NCBI GenBank assembly: GCA_951406725.2 | Contig: OX597823.1 | Span: 81,282,001 to 81,346,000, forward strand | Reading direction: 5' to 3' | Length of the DNA: 64,000 nucleotides | Source of the DNA: Octopus vulgaris | Lineage: Eukaryota | Part shown: piece by piece, positions 1-12,657 of the stretch | How the letters are laid out: every line of letters begins with the position of its first letter | Position numbering within the stretch: the first letter of the stretch is position 1 | Translations under genes and position numbers: made by a program | The notes under the pieces: model-generated | The model's input: only the letters and a program-made list of their open reading frames with translations | What the model was told of the DNA's origin: nothing | Databases searched by the model: none

Positions 1-92
1 ATTTCTTGGGGACATACGTCACAGAAACCGGGAAACCGGGCTCATGAGCCTGGCTAGGCTTGAAAAGGGTACATAAATAAAAAAAAAAAAAA
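1..92 (+). mobile_element. 3' end of a SINE (tail type shared with 61243-61508) plus A-rich tail
   Basis: gaaaccgggaaaccggg..atgagcc..ggct..aag matches the tail of the tRNA-headed element at about 61450-61500; followed by poly-A. Confidence 0.6.
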
Positions 93-759
93 CATCAGCT
101 GTAGGTTATGTATGACCGAAAAAGGGTTAACATGTAGTTTACTGTCGAAAATTAAAAACTAAAAGAATATTGTGATAGAAACCAGAAGTAACGACAGTGA
201 TGTTACCGAATTTTCGTAAAGCTCAATTGATATCCGATGGGTGTTCTTCCTCTGCAAATCACTGCAACTTCTATACTCATGAAGTTGCCTATCATTCATT
301 CAATTTTGTTATTCAAACGATAGCATCTATACACGAACTTATAGAAGGCGAGGGATGCTCGTCAAGAAGAAACTTAGGCGGTAATGTGAGGTTAGGGGTG
401 ATTTAGTTACATCATGTCTTCATGAGCATGTGTGGCGAACAGATTTTGTGATTGAAAAAAAAACAAAAAAAAACTACTACGAATCTCATTCCGTACATCT
501 GCGACGGTTATGTTTTCCTGGAAATGTAATTGTTTTCTTCGTGTTATATTAAATATATGTACGTTTATGTATTGGATATATTGGTTGCCTCACATGCAGT
601 GTTTACTTGAAATTACGAGCTGTCGGTATCATCACCTCCGCTTTCTATCGCAATACATTTTCATTTTTTAAGGGTTATTTATTTTCACTGTGTTTCGATG
701 GTAAACTGCATATTAGCCCTGAGGAAGTAGTAAATGTGATGATGTAACATCCCCACGTA

Positions 760-2361
760 ACTGCCGACGTACCGTTAAAAATGCTTTTGTAAGTGTGTGC
801 AAACAGACTGTGATAATTTGTCTAGTTTTCAATATTTTAATATTAATAACAATTATTGTACCTAGTGGACATATGCTCATCTGGTTCCATTGTCTATGGT
901 GTCCAGTCTTCCATTTGTGATATGGCCGCGTTAGATTAGAGCAGGTTTTGGATGTGTAGCAGAACTGTTTAACACTCATTTTATTGTAATATTAGACATC
1001 TTATCAATGTGGATATTTTAACCTTAAATACTGAAGAATTGGCTCACCAGAGCTTTTCTTAGCGTCACCAAGTCGCATGACTCAGTTGTTGACCAAATTA
1101 GTTGCAGGTATTGGTCGATTTTAACTGTCCAATCGTGTGTTTGCAACAGACTTTGTTCCCAACGCGGAAAAACCCATTTTTGCCCGTGGAGCCACCCCAT
1201 GCTTACATGAACACCTGTTTCTCCCGCTCTTGGATCAGCCGCCATTGACCAGACAACACCTCATCTCACAGCTGTCTTCAACCAGTCGCGGCCCTTCTTC
1301 ATCGTTGCAGCCACAGTCAGCAGACTACAGCCACATTATCTATTAAACCCAGTAGAACTGAAGTCATTTGAATGTTTAATCCAGATCGTAGTAGTAACAT
1401 CATTCACTTTGGCAATTTTCAATTATTATAACGAGAAGAATAATCGTCGCTTTTTCAACTTATTCAAATCTTATCGCTCTTCTTTCCACACCACATCATT
1501 ATAATTAGTGCATTATAAGCTCTTCTTGTTATAGATACACTTCAAATTAAAAAGAAGCGTGTCTTATATGCCGGTGAATATGGTAATATTTGGCTAAGTG
1601 CAATATTATGAAGCTAAGTGCAATATCCTGCTTCCAATATCGTCATCTCTCCACTTCCTTATGGTTCTGTTACACAAACCTCACTCCAGTGTCGAATTTT
1701 CATATTCTGCAATCCAGAATAATGCAACTCTTGTCAGAGTTGCATCATTTTGGAAACAAATGGAAACATGGGATATAAAATGAAATTAACGAAACTCAAC
1801 TAAATCTAAAAACTTAACTTAGAATATTCTCTAACCTTCATCACGATCTACTGGAATAGTTCTCTTTTTTGAAAATCATCAAATTAGACTTTGGCAAGGT
1901 GATAAATTTGACTTGGAATCCAACGAAGAAAAGAATATTGATTGTTAAAACCAAGATTCAGAAAAATTTCTTGAAAAGAAGTGTACCGTATGATCTGGCT
2001 GTTTCAAACTCTTTCAACTTCAACAACAACAATGACAATGCCGACTAATTTTTATTCTCACAGGTGATGCAACAGTACATAGTGATGATGCAATACTTGC
2101 AATGGAATGATTCAAACAAGCAAGGAGAAAAATGATAAAAATTCAGAAATTACTCATTTTACTCCCAAGTAGTCATTTTGCTCCTCACCCTTAACGTGGA
2201 AGTTTACAAAATTATTTTCCATCATACTCTTAGTTTTGTTTTGTTTTAAAAATAGAAATATATTTTAGGTTTACTATTGTTTATATTTCGAATTACATAT
2301 AAATGAGGGTACCAAAATCTTGTAAGTGCTTAGGGTCTCTGTGGGTCTTAATCCGGCCCTG
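760..2361 (-). mobile_element. Degenerate hAT (Tip100/ZMYM1-like) transposon relic
   Basis: Minus strand starts CAGGGCCGGATTAAGACCC at 2361 (hAT-type terminus). The frameshifted minus translation at about 885-965 reads VLLHIQNL/AL-RGH-ITNGRLDTIDNG, resembling the QNLALRGH...NNGN motif. Many stops; second TIR not found. Confidence 0.4.
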
Positions 2362-2620
2362 ACTTGAAGAGTTCAGAATGAACATAAACCTCATTATCTT
2401 TGTCAGCTGTTGTAGTGGATCTAAGATAAACACTTACAATGGTTCCAAAATATGGCACAGGGCCAGTGCTGTACTGGTACTTATTTTATTGTCTCTGAAA
2501 GGAAGAAAGGCAGAGTCGACATCGGCGGTATTTGAAATATAACCATACGTAATAAGAACAAGTAAGAAGAACAAGACATCGGAGATGAACGAGATTGTAG
2601 GAAATAAGACAAATAAATAT

Positions 2621-2790
2621 TTGGCTGTGTAGTCAAGAAGTTTACTTCCCAACCACATAGTTTCAGGTTTAGTCCCACAGCGTGGAGCCTTGGGCAAGTA
2701 TGTTGTTATAGCCTCTGGCTGACAAAATAGCCTTGTGAGTGGATTTAGCAGACGGAAGCTGAAAGAAGCGCGTGTGTGTGTGTGTGTGTG
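2621..2790 (+). mobile_element. SINE family A, partial
   Basis: A box tggctgtgtag, B box ggtttagtcc, ccttgggcaagt core, ends in (GT)n. Confidence 0.75.
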
Positions 2791-2880
2791 TGAGACCTCG
2801 TCATGTCATCGCATAATTATTGTAATTGAATGACGAGCAAAACACTTCATTTCACGTTTCTCCAGCTGACAAATATGAGT

Positions 2881-3874
2881 AATAATAATAATAATAATAA
2901 TAATAATTGTGTACAGTGCTCAGGTGCACTACAACTCATCTAAAGTGTATATATAATCAGGTGTAGTTTCGGCGGATTTCGGAAAGCATGAGGGCCTTAA
3001 AAGATGCAGTGTCATGGCAGTCAACAACTGACGCAGGCAGTTTATTCCATGCTTCAGCAACTCTGAGCGTGAAAAAATGTTTCCGAAAGTCATGGGAGCT
3101 GTATTGTTTTCTGACTTTGTAGGCATGTCCACGTGTGTTAGACACATGGAGATCAAAAAGGTGTTCAGTGTTGTTGTTGGTGAGGTGGTTGATAACTTTG
3201 TGGGTGTTTACCAAGTCCGTCGCCAAACGCCGGAGCTTCAGTGAATCCATGCCCAGGGAAACAAGGCGCTCAGAATATGGTAGGTGTCTGATGGAGGGTA
3301 TGCGTTTGGTTGCACGTCTCTGGACAGATTCCAGGAGGTCAATGTTCTGTGCAAGATAGGGGTTCCAAACTGATGATGCGAATTCCAAGTGTGGTCGTAC
3401 CATAGCTGTATACAGTTTTAAATAGATGGCTGGAGAGCGGCTAACAAAAGACCTGCTGAGTGATGCCAAGACACCCTCGGCCTTCCTGACAATCTTAGAG
3501 ATATGCTTTGACCAACGCAAATCACTGCTGACAGTGATGCCTAGGTCACGCTCGCAAGAGGATTTCTTGATATCAGTGTTGTGGAGGGAGTATGTGAACG
3601 CAGGGTTTTTTCTCCCAAAATGCATGGTGGTACACTTGTCCACAGCCAGTTTCAGTTGCCAGTCTGTGATCCATTGCTGCATTGTGTCTAGGTCTGATTG
3701 CAGGAAAGAGTTGTAGACATCAGGATCTGTCCTCTTGATTTCAAGGTACAGCTTGATGTCGTCTGCATATTTCAATACTGTTGCATTCTTTAAATTGGCA
3801 TCTATGTCGTTAATGTATGCCACAAACAAGAGGGGACCAAGGACAGATCCCTGTGGTACACCCGATGACATCTC
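2881..3874 (-). mobile_element. 5'-truncated CR1/L2-group LINE, young copy
   Basis: Uninterrupted RT C-terminus, short 3'UTR with AGTGC-ACCTGA-GCACT hairpin, (TAT)n tail at 2881-2907; possible imperfect TSD atatg(a)gt at 2873-2880 and 3875-3881. Confidence 0.9.
2957..3871 (-). pseudogene. LINE ORF2 reverse transcriptase C-terminal fragment (about 305 aa, no stops)
   Basis: SGVPQGSVLGPLLF, KYADD, ERDLG, VRPHLEFASSVWNP, ESVQRRATK and FFTLRVAEAWNKLP motifs; N-terminal RT and endonuclease missing. Confidence 0.9.
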
Positions 3875-4592
3875 ATATGGTGTGATAGACCGTCGTCCCG
3901 TCCAGGGAGGAATCACAGCAACTAGGAAACTGATCCTATGTGTCTATGTGACTCAGGAAGGATCTCTGTAGGGAAATATGACAACGACAAAATTGATTCA
4001 TAATAAAACCTCCGTTGCATGCACAAAGATAACACTACGTTAGTGCAACTGCATGGTTGTCTCATTGCTAAATATGGACACCCCTCAACTAACATCAAGC
4101 GTTCCTACTAAATTTTTTTCCTTTCAGGTGCAGACAGACATCAAACAACGTACCCAAGTATGCTTCTAGCAGAAACTCACCTCTAGCTGTCTTGTGTAGA
4201 ACATTGGGTGTGCCGTCATTCAATGTTGGCACAACGAAAGATAGGTCTGAAGAGTGTTGAGATGCTATAACACAGGCGAATAGGTCTGTGCTGTGTAGTA
4301 GAAATAAGATAGCAAGGAGCTTCATCCAGACTCCGCACGGTTAATAAAAATAAGTACAAATTCGTTTGGTAGTAGTGGTGATGGTTGGGGTAACAACACT
4401 GGAATGGGTTAAGAAGGTATATCGTTGGGAGAGGAATGGATAAACAGAGTTACTAAGAAGAGTGTAAGGTCGAATAAGCTTAAACCAGTTATAGGTAATA
4501 CGAAAGTAACAGTGATCTCTTCGTGTGTAACAGTCAAAAGCAAATAGATACGTAAAAAGACCGCTTTTTACGAAATTTTTCTATAGACTGTA

Positions 4593-4990
4593 GGCGTAGG
4601 AGTGGCTGTGTGGTAAGTAGCTTGCTTACGAACTACATGGTTTCGGGTTCAGTCCCACTGCGTGGAACCTTGGGCAAGTGTCTTCTATAGCCTCAGGACA
4701 ACCAAAGCCTTGTGAGTGGATTTGGTAGACGGAAACTGAAAGAAGCCCGTCGTATATATGTATATATATGTATGTGTGTGTATATGTTTGTGTGTCTGTG
4801 TTTGTTCCTTCAACATCGCTTGACAACTGATGCTGGTGTATTTACGTCCACGTAACTTAGCGGTTTGGTAAAAAAAAGACCGATAGAATAAGTACTAGGC
4901 TTACAAATAATAAGTCCTGGGGTCGATGTGCTCGACTGAAAGCGGTGCTCCAGCATGGCTACAGTCAAATGACTGAAACAAGTAAAAGAG
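4593..4990 (+). mobile_element. SINE family A, full length (tRNA head, CORE-like domain, internal TA/TG microsatellite)
   Basis: A box TGGCTGTGTGG, B box GGTTCAGTCC, ccttgggcaagt, tail cagcatggc..cagtcaaatgactgaaacaagtaaaagag; more than 15 copies in the window. Confidence 0.9.
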
Positions 4991-5366
4991 TTGACTATGT
5001 CAACAAGTGTAATCGAACCCGCTATAATGACTTCGGACTTTGGTGGATGTGCTGGCTATCGTAATGGTAGTTAACCAGGTGTATATGGAAGCTTTGGTCA
5101 TAGTACAAGGAATGAAGATCAAGGCCTTCGTAATTCAACGATGCAAAAGACCTAATTCCGCGACACATTTTAAGAAGCCGACCTACCACCTGATCATTTA
5201 GTACCCTGGCGAACAAATAAATTAAATGGACGTCACAAAGAAAGAAAATACTTAACTCGTTGTGAATACTAAGTCTTCCCATAGTGAAGAATGTACTATA
5301 CAACAGGTCAATAATTAGTCATCCCTAGATAAGAATTACAACTCAGAAACAGAAAGCTAAGTGAAT

Positions 5367-5746
5367 GGGAAGCACTCCGTCGGTTACGACGAGGGTTCCG
5401 GTTGATCCGAATCAACGGAACAGCCTGCTCGTGAAATTAACGTGTAAGTGGCTGAGTACTCCACAGACACGTGTACCCTTAACGTAGTTCTCGGGAATAT
5501 TCAGCGTGACACAGAGAGTGTCAAGGCTGGCCCTTTGAAATACAGGTACAACAGAAACAGGAAGTAAGAGTGAGAGAAAGTTGTGGTGAAAGAGTACAGC
5601 AGGGATCACCACCATCCTCTGCCGGAGCCTCGTGGAGCTTTAGGTGTTTTCGCTCAATAAACACTCACAACGCCCGGTCTGGGAATCGAAACTGCGATCC
5701 TATGACCGCAAGTCCGCTGCCCTAACCACTGGGCCATTGCGCCTCC
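5367..5746 (-). mobile_element. SINE family B (tRNA-Arg-like head), full length
   Basis: Head ggaggcgcaatggcccagtggttagggcagcggac..gtttcgattccc; 10-bp TSD gctaagtgaa at 5356-5365 and 5749-5758. Confidence 0.9.
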
Positions 5747-6017
5747 ACGCTAAGTGAAGAAGTAAGATTTGAAAAGAGAAATACTCTTCTGAACGAGATG
5801 GATAACTATGGCAGTACAATTGTGCTCAGACCACGTCATATCTGTGGATGGAGGGCGACATGGTGGTGGAATTGTACTATTGGTGAGACCCTGAAATTAT
5901 ATAAGCCGATAGAGACTGACAAGCACACCATCGTTTACGACGACGAGTGTAACTGTTGATCTAATCAATGGAACACTCCATAGACGCGTACCATCAATGT
6001 TGTTCTCAGAGAGATTC

Positions 6018-6236
6018 TATTTCTTTATTACCCACAAGGAACTAAACATAGAATGGACAAACAAGGACAGATAAAGGGATTAAGTCGATTACATCGACCC
6101 CAGTGCGTAACTGGTACTTAATTTATCAACCCCGAAAAGATGAAAGGCAAAGTTGACCTCGGCGGAATTTGAACTCAGAACGTAACGGCAGACGAAATAC
6201 GGCTACGCATTTCGCCCGGCGTGCTAACGATTCTGC
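6018..6236 (-). mobile_element. SINE family D (Nin/Deu-domain)
   Basis: Minus strand gagttcaaattcc..gcctttcatcttttcggggttgataaattaagtaccag (Nin/Deu-like core); TSD cagagagattc at 6007-6017 and 6237-6247. Confidence 0.85.
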
Positions 6237-6412
6237 CAGAGAGATTCAGCGTGACATAAAATGTAACAAGGTTGACCCTTTTGCCTTACATGTACAACTC
6301 ATTTTTACCAACTGAGTAGACTGGAGCAATGTAAAATAAAGTATCTTGTTAAAGAACACACCGCGTCGCCGGTTATCGAACTCACGACCTTACGATTATA
6401 AGCCGAATACCA

Positions 6413-6794
6413 GGGAGGCGCAATGGCCCAGTGGTTAGGGCAGCAGACTCGCGGTTGTAGGATCGCGGTTTCGATTCCCAGACCGGGCGTTGTGAGTGTT
6501 TATTGAGCGAAAACACCTAAAGTTCCACGAGGCTCCGGCAGGGGATGGTGGTGATCCCTGCTGTACTCTTTCACCACAACTTTCTCTCACTCTTACTTCC
6601 TGTTTCTGTTGCACCTGTATTTCAAAGGGCCGGCCTTGTCACTCTCTGTGTCACGCTGAATATCCCCGAGAACTACGTTAAGGGTACACGTGTCTGTGGA
6701 GTGCTCAGCCACTTACACGTTAATTTCACGAGCAGGCTGTTCCGTTGATCGGATCAACCGGAACCCGCGTCGTCGTAACCGACGGAGTGCTTCC
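6413..6794 (+). mobile_element. SINE family B, full length
   Basis: Near-identical inverted partner of 5367-5746; 12-bp TSD aagccgaatacc at 6400-6411 and 6797-6808. Confidence 0.9.
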
Positions 6795-8007
6795 AGAAGC
6801 CGAATACCCTAAACACTAAGCCACGCGCCTTCATATTCTTCAACCTGTCTTAAACCAAAAGTAGAGATGGATAGGAACGAGACCAGGTGTCTGGAAAAGA
6901 AATGAGACATCAGGTACACTTAGCAATCAAAGGAAAATAGATTAAGTGTGTGTCGTGAGGATCAGAAGCGCAATGTATTCCATGTTATATGGTTCTTGAT
7001 TTTATCAATTCCGGAAGAATAAAGCGCAAGTGCTACAACGACAGGACTTAAATCCAGAACGTAAAGGGCCATAATTGAATACTGTCCCATGTCACACTAA
7101 CGATTCTACAAAACTGAAATTCTGTTCAAACAAATGATATATAAAGGGAGGCTACTCTTGTACGGCAGAAATAAAATTGCTTTCCGTTGTTTCACTCTAT
7201 CATTGAACTGAATAAATTTATCGTAATTATCTGATATCAGTTATCTAATTTACATTGTATTATTAAAGTTATTTGATAATGATAACTTTAATTTAAAAAT
7301 AGTAAGATTAGTGAATAATGTAGCCAACATCAATAATTAGGTCCATTTTGTATTTTGACATATGGGCTTTAAAAGTGACTCCTATTCCTAAAATGTGAAG
7401 TATATACACACGCGTAAGCATACAATCTCTTCTTCCATGTGTGTGTGTCCAGTAAATGGAGAAGTCCTACTGTATGATAGCATATGGTAGCCGATACCCG
7501 TAAATGAGCCTTGGAATGCACAGTATAAGGTTATTACCCAGATTATTATTAAATATGTATGTATGGATGTATGTATGTCTGGCCCAGTATTACCACACAA
7601 TATTATAATGGTCCTGCCTGTAGACTACAGCAAGAAGAAAGTTATGGGTGAGGAATATTCCATCATATGATAATTCATTAAAAAAGGTAGTCCATTGATT
7701 GAACAACTTGTTTGCCAAAATCAATAAGGAAGTACATCATGTGTGTGTGTGTGTGTGTGCGTGTGTGTTTGTGTATGTATGTATGTATATGTATCGTTCC
7801 ACCCATGCTAGCAGGGAAGGCAGGCGTTGATGATGATGATGATATATATATATATATATATATATAGACATGTATATATAATTTGAATATATATGTATAC
7901 ATACCTTATCTGTCTGTCTTTCTCATGCTCTCTCTTTCTCTCCCCCCTCTCTCTCTCTCTCCTCTCTATGTATGTATATATATATATAAATATATGTATA
8001 TTCTTCT

Positions 8008-8330
8008 ATTCTTTTATTTGTTTCAGTCATTTGACTGCAGCCATATTGGAGCACTGCCTTAAATCAAACAATTCAGCTCTAGGACTTATTCTTTGTTGGC
8101 CTAGTACTTATTCTATTGATATCTTATGCTGAACTGCTAAGTTACGGGGATGTAAACACACCAACATTAGTCATTAAGTAATGGTGGGGGACAAACACAG
8201 ATATGAAAAAATATACACACATACATACTTTCAGTTTCCGTCTACCAAATCCACTCACATAGCTTTGGTTGGCCCAGAGCTATAGTAGAAGACACTTGCC
8301 CAAGGTGCCATACAGTGGAACTGAACCCAT
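8008..8330 (-). mobile_element. SINE family A
   Basis: Reverse complement of family A tail, body and B box. Confidence 0.85.
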
Positions 8331-8504
8331 AAGTATTGTATGTGTATATATTTATTGTGCATATGACAGTATGGGTGTGGCTGTCTGGCACTTTGAGGAA
8401 GTGTCTTCTATTATAGCCCTAGGTTGACTAAAGCCCTGTGAACAGCTTTGGTAAGATGGAAACTGGAAAGTACCACATTGTATACACACACACATATATA
8501 TATA

Positions 8505-8670
8505 TAAGTCCACTCTGCTGAGTAGTTGGTGTTAGGAAGGGCATCCAGCTATAAAAATCCTACCAAAACAGTCACAGTAGTCTGGTGTATGCTTCTTCCT
8601 TGGCTGGCTCTTGTGGTACCATCCCACCAATGCTAGCATGGAACACAGACGTTAAATGATGATGATGACG
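8505..8670 (+). mobile_element. RTE LINE 3'UTR fragment
   Basis: ggtgttaggaagggcatccagct...gacgttaaatgatgatgatg. Confidence 0.75.
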
Positions 8671-9577
8671 GTGGTGGTGGTGGTGGTAGTGAAGGGTGGT
8701 TCCCTCAGCCTCTGGAGTTGTAGAGGTGCCGTTGTAGCATAAGCCATATTTTGGGTTTTTAAACTTGGCGGAATCACTTCCAGTGGGAAAGTGTGTGAGA
8801 AAGCGAAGAGGAGAGAGAGGGAGAGAGACAGTGAGTCAGAGAGACAGACAAAGAGAGAGAAGAGGAGGGAAAGTGGGAGATAGAAGGCAGGAGGGAGAAC
8901 AAATAAATGCTTCCAGTACATGACTGGCACTTTATCTAAAGACCCTGCAGGCACCAAACTTCACTTGACTAATTTGAAAACATCACATCAATCTTGTTAA
9001 CATGGGAAGGCCTGCAAACATCATTGGTGCTGACCATCCCTTTCTTGATTATCTTCTAATAAAAACTGCACTACCTGCTCTAGAATTGTGATTTGAAATA
9101 AGTTTCAGGTTGTTTGGGTTGTTTCTGGGAAAAACACTTTACATTATTACTTCATTCCAGCCTAGGTATCAGGGAAATATGTCGCAGATCTCCAGAGAAT
9201 GTTACTCAACATCATATTCAAGAAAATATATTTATCTCATGAGACTGGACTTTAACTCCTAATGAAATTATGTGCAACATATCTCATTGTCAGAAGAATA
9301 AGGATTATTGTGGCAGGGGCTGAACAGGGGGTTAAAATAAAGCTTAGCTGCAACTTATCTCTTCTGAAGATCTATCCATCCATCCATACCTATCTTCTAC
9401 CTACCTTCTTACCTACCTACATACCTATCTACTTACCTACCTACCTACCTACCTACCTACCCACCTACCTACCTACTTACACATGCACACATATTTGCTT
9501 TTCTCTTCAATATGTTATATAAATATGAATACATTATAAATTGATTTGATGAAGGCCCATTTATGGTTTTGCTCCAT

Positions 9578-9611
<34 letters not shown>

Positions 9612-9799
9612 ATTACATACATGTAATATAATTTTTCTGAATGTTCAGATTTTAATATGCTAGACCACTGGTTTTAAATTGATAATCAAATTAATATTCA
9701 ATTTCCCCACCTTATTATTTAAAATTTATATATATATATATATATATATAGGTGCTTGTGCCTCTCTGAGAGAGAGAGGGTTATATATATATATATTAT

Positions 9800-10580
9800 T
9801 TTTTTTTCTGTAGTTTCAGCTCAGAGCTGTGGCCATGCTGATGTACTGCAGTCTTGCTACACTGTTACTACTGAGAGCCTCCTCCAATATGTGGCACTTG
9901 GTGAAGAATGAGTTTGATGTAGCTACCCTCATTTGCACCTCTTGCCTTGAGGTAGGTTCATCTGGGACTCTCGACAGGAAGAAGTCCAGCCTTGATTTAA
10001 AAACACCTACATCTACTTAGTGCAGGTTCCTCAGGCACTTAAGGAGAATATTAAAAAGCTGTGGGTCCCTGAAACCCAGGCTGTTGCAGTAACTGGTCCT
10101 GAAGTGTGATGACATTGGTGGGATTTTTGGCACTATGCAGTGTCGACCCGTTCTGGTATTGGTGTAGCTTTCAATGCCAAAACTTGGCACAATTCCTTCC
10201 AGGATCTGCCAAACCTCTCCCACCTTCACTCCAGGGAGTAGAGTCTTAGCTGTTTTAGCCTTTCCCAGTAACTGAGCAGTTGCAAAGAGATGATCTTTGT
10301 GAATCTTCACTGGATTGCTTCAAGATCTGCTGTAATTTTACATTGTTTGGTGACCATAGCTGGGAGCAGTAATCCAGGCAGCTGAGGATTAACGTCCTCC
10401 AGAAGACCATCATGGTTTCCTTATCTCTGGTTCTGAATGTTCTCAGGATCCATCCAGCCAGTTGTATGCACTTTGTCGCCATCCTGGTAATGTGCACTTG
10501 GAAAGAGGTATCATCACTCATGTTAATACCCAGGTCCCTCACTGATCTAGGCTCTGGGATTGAAATTCCCTGTGGACCAG
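9800..10580 (-). mobile_element. CR1/L2-group LINE 3' fragment (second family), frameshifted
   Basis: VRDLGINMSDDTSFQVHI...GWILRTFRTRD...LDYCSQLWSP; TRTGRHC...NSLGFRDPQLFNIL; 3'UTR ends with a hairpin and A-rich tail. Confidence 0.85.
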
Positions 10581-10619
10581 ATAGATAGATATAGATATAC
10601 ATACATATATATGCGTGAT

Positions 10620-11035
10620 CTTTCCCAGGGCCACGGATTGGCTCCTGTGCCGGTGGCACTTGAAAAGTACCATTCGAGCATGATCATTGGCAGTGTCGCC
10701 TTACTGGCACATGTGCCTGTGACATGTGAAAAACAACATTCGAGCATGGTCGTTGTCAGTACTGCTGGGGTGGCTCCCATGCAGGTAGCACATAAAAAAC
10801 ACCTTTTGAGCATGGTCATTGCCAGAACTGCCTGACTGGCCCTCATGTTGATGGCACGTAAAAGCACCCATTATACTCTCAGAGTGGTTGGAATTAGGAA
10901 GGGCATCCAGCTGTAGAAACTTTGCCAGATCATATTGAGCCTGGTGCAGCCTCTGGTTCATCACGAGTTCTCAGTCAAAGCATCCAACCCATGCCAGCAT
11001 GGCAAGCAGACGTTAAACAACGATGATGATGATGT
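10620..11035 (+). mobile_element. RTE LINE 3'UTR with internal 66-bp minisatellite
   Basis: Units start at 10639, 10705, 10771 and 10837, then ttaggaagggcatccagctgtagaaac and a (GAT)n tail. Confidence 0.8.
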
Positions 11036-11047
11036 ATACACATATAA

Positions 11048-11049
<2 letters not shown>

Positions 11050-11103
<54 letters not shown>

Positions 11104-11221
11104 CATATACACATTTAATATATATATAGATAGATAGATAGATAGATAGATAGATCTACACATAATATATATGTATATATATACACATATAATGTATATA
11201 TATAAATATACATATATAATG

Positions 11222-11255
<34 letters not shown>

Positions 11256-11338
11256 TAGATAGATAGATAGATCTACACATAATATATATGTATATATATA
11301 CACATATAATGTATATATATAAATATACATATATAATG

Positions 11339-11420
<82 letters not shown>

Positions 11421-11462
11421 TAGTAGGTAGGTATGTAGGTAGGTAGATAGACAGATATACAC

Positions 11463-11500
<38 letters not shown>
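11050..11500. repeat. Compound (TA)n/(TAGA)n microsatellite with a 117-bp unit duplicated
   Basis: gatctacacataat recurs at 11153 and 11270 with identical downstream sequence. Confidence 0.85.
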
Positions 11501-11506
<6 letters not shown>

Positions 11507-11509
11507 CAC

Positions 11510-12333
11510 TAAATGTGCAGGCAATAGATCCTCAAATGCTCAGGGAGATCATTAGAAGTAGTAGATAGCTTATGTTACCTAGGAGACCAAGGTAGCAGTG
11601 GTGGAGGGAGTTCTGAAATGTAGTTGCTGGGATAAGACTGAGCTGGGCAAAGTCCAGAGAGCTTCTATCTCAGAGTGAAAGACAGACTGTATAATGCCTG
11701 TGTATGTTCAGCTATGTTACATGGTAGTGAAACATGGGCTTTGGTCACAGATGACATGTGAAGGCTTGAAAGAAATTAAGCTAGCATGTTCCACTGGATG
11801 GATAATATCAGTGTGCATGCATGACAGAGTGCAGATGATTTGGTTATATGATGTGTATGGGTGAGGGCAGCTGCATAAAGAAATTCTGAGCTCTAACTGT
11901 GGAGGGCACTTATTGAAGGAATAAACCCAGGAAGATGCGAGATGAAGTGGTGAGAAAGGATCTTCAGATGCTTGTCCTTATTGAGGAAATGACAATGGAC
12001 CAGGAGATGTGACAGTTTGCTGTACTTGATGAGATGCATGAAGCTAAGTAAAATTGCTCTTCTTCTGCACATACAGACTTTTCCTATTTGGTGCTGGTGC
12101 CACTTAAAAAACACCCATGCCACTATGGTGTTGATGCATTTGTGCTGGTGTTGCAGAAATGCACCTGTGCCAGTGGCACATAGAAGGCACCCAGTACACT
12201 CTGTTAAGTGATTGGCATTAGGAGGGGCATCCAGCTATAGAGACCATGCCAGAACAGACAGATGGAGTCTGGGCAGCTCACTGCTATCCAGTTCCATGTC
12301 AAACCATCCAACCCATGCCAGATTGGAATATAT
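11510..12333 (+). mobile_element. RTE-clade LINE 3' fragment (degenerate RT C-terminus plus 3'UTR)
   Basis: LEVVDSLCYLGD...RVKDRLYNACVCSAMLHGSETWAL...LERN; runs into the gtgcc..ggcac..ggcatccagct 3'UTR, showing that the abundant (GAT)n-tailed repeat is this LINE's 3' end. Confidence 0.85.
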
Positions 12334-12384
12334 CATCATCATTATCATCGTCGTTTAACGTCTGCTTTCCATGCTAGCATCTTG

Positions 12385-12655
12385 CCATGTAGCACTTGCA
12401 AAACTCTACTTTTTGGTTTGGTTTGGATCATCTTCTTTGTGATTATGGGCTATTCTTTGACTGTAGCTTTTCTAATGACTGTGTTTCAAAATGTAAGGGT
12501 CATTTAATTTTGAAATTCCTATTGCACAACTTACTTCCTGCACAAATTCTCTTGAACTTTGGTAATATGTTTCTAGTACACTTTCTTACTTTGTGGGGCT
12601 TGTTGATGTCCATGGTCTCGGAACATTTCTTATAAACATTCTGAATAGTTCTGAA
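12385..12655 (-). mobile_element. Tc1/mariner transposase N-terminal relic
   Basis: Minus frames RTIQNVYKK...EVSCAIGISK..ILKH..KSY..EDDPNQ/KVEFC, resembling GISKSSV..ILK..KSY..EDDPDRR.EFC. Confidence 0.5.
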
Positions 12656-12657
12656 TA

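Larger units (their letters stand above)
5930..6833 (-). mobile_element. Old SINE family C copy interrupted by two younger SINEs
   Basis: Removing the inserts at 6018-6236 and 6412-6796 gives a sequence collinear with the intact C copy at 41821-42145. Confidence 0.8.

Noticed and set aside
4080-5300. Very old LINE C-terminus on the minus strand, split by SINE A
   Set aside because: Only faint motif echoes; not supportable without a profile search
6413-6490. Functional tRNA-Arg gene
   Set aside because: It is a SINE head: continues into SINE body and is flanked by a TSD
10639-10870. CRISPR-like regular array
   Set aside because: Whole units are homologous with no unique spacers; eukaryotic LINE UTR; no cas genes
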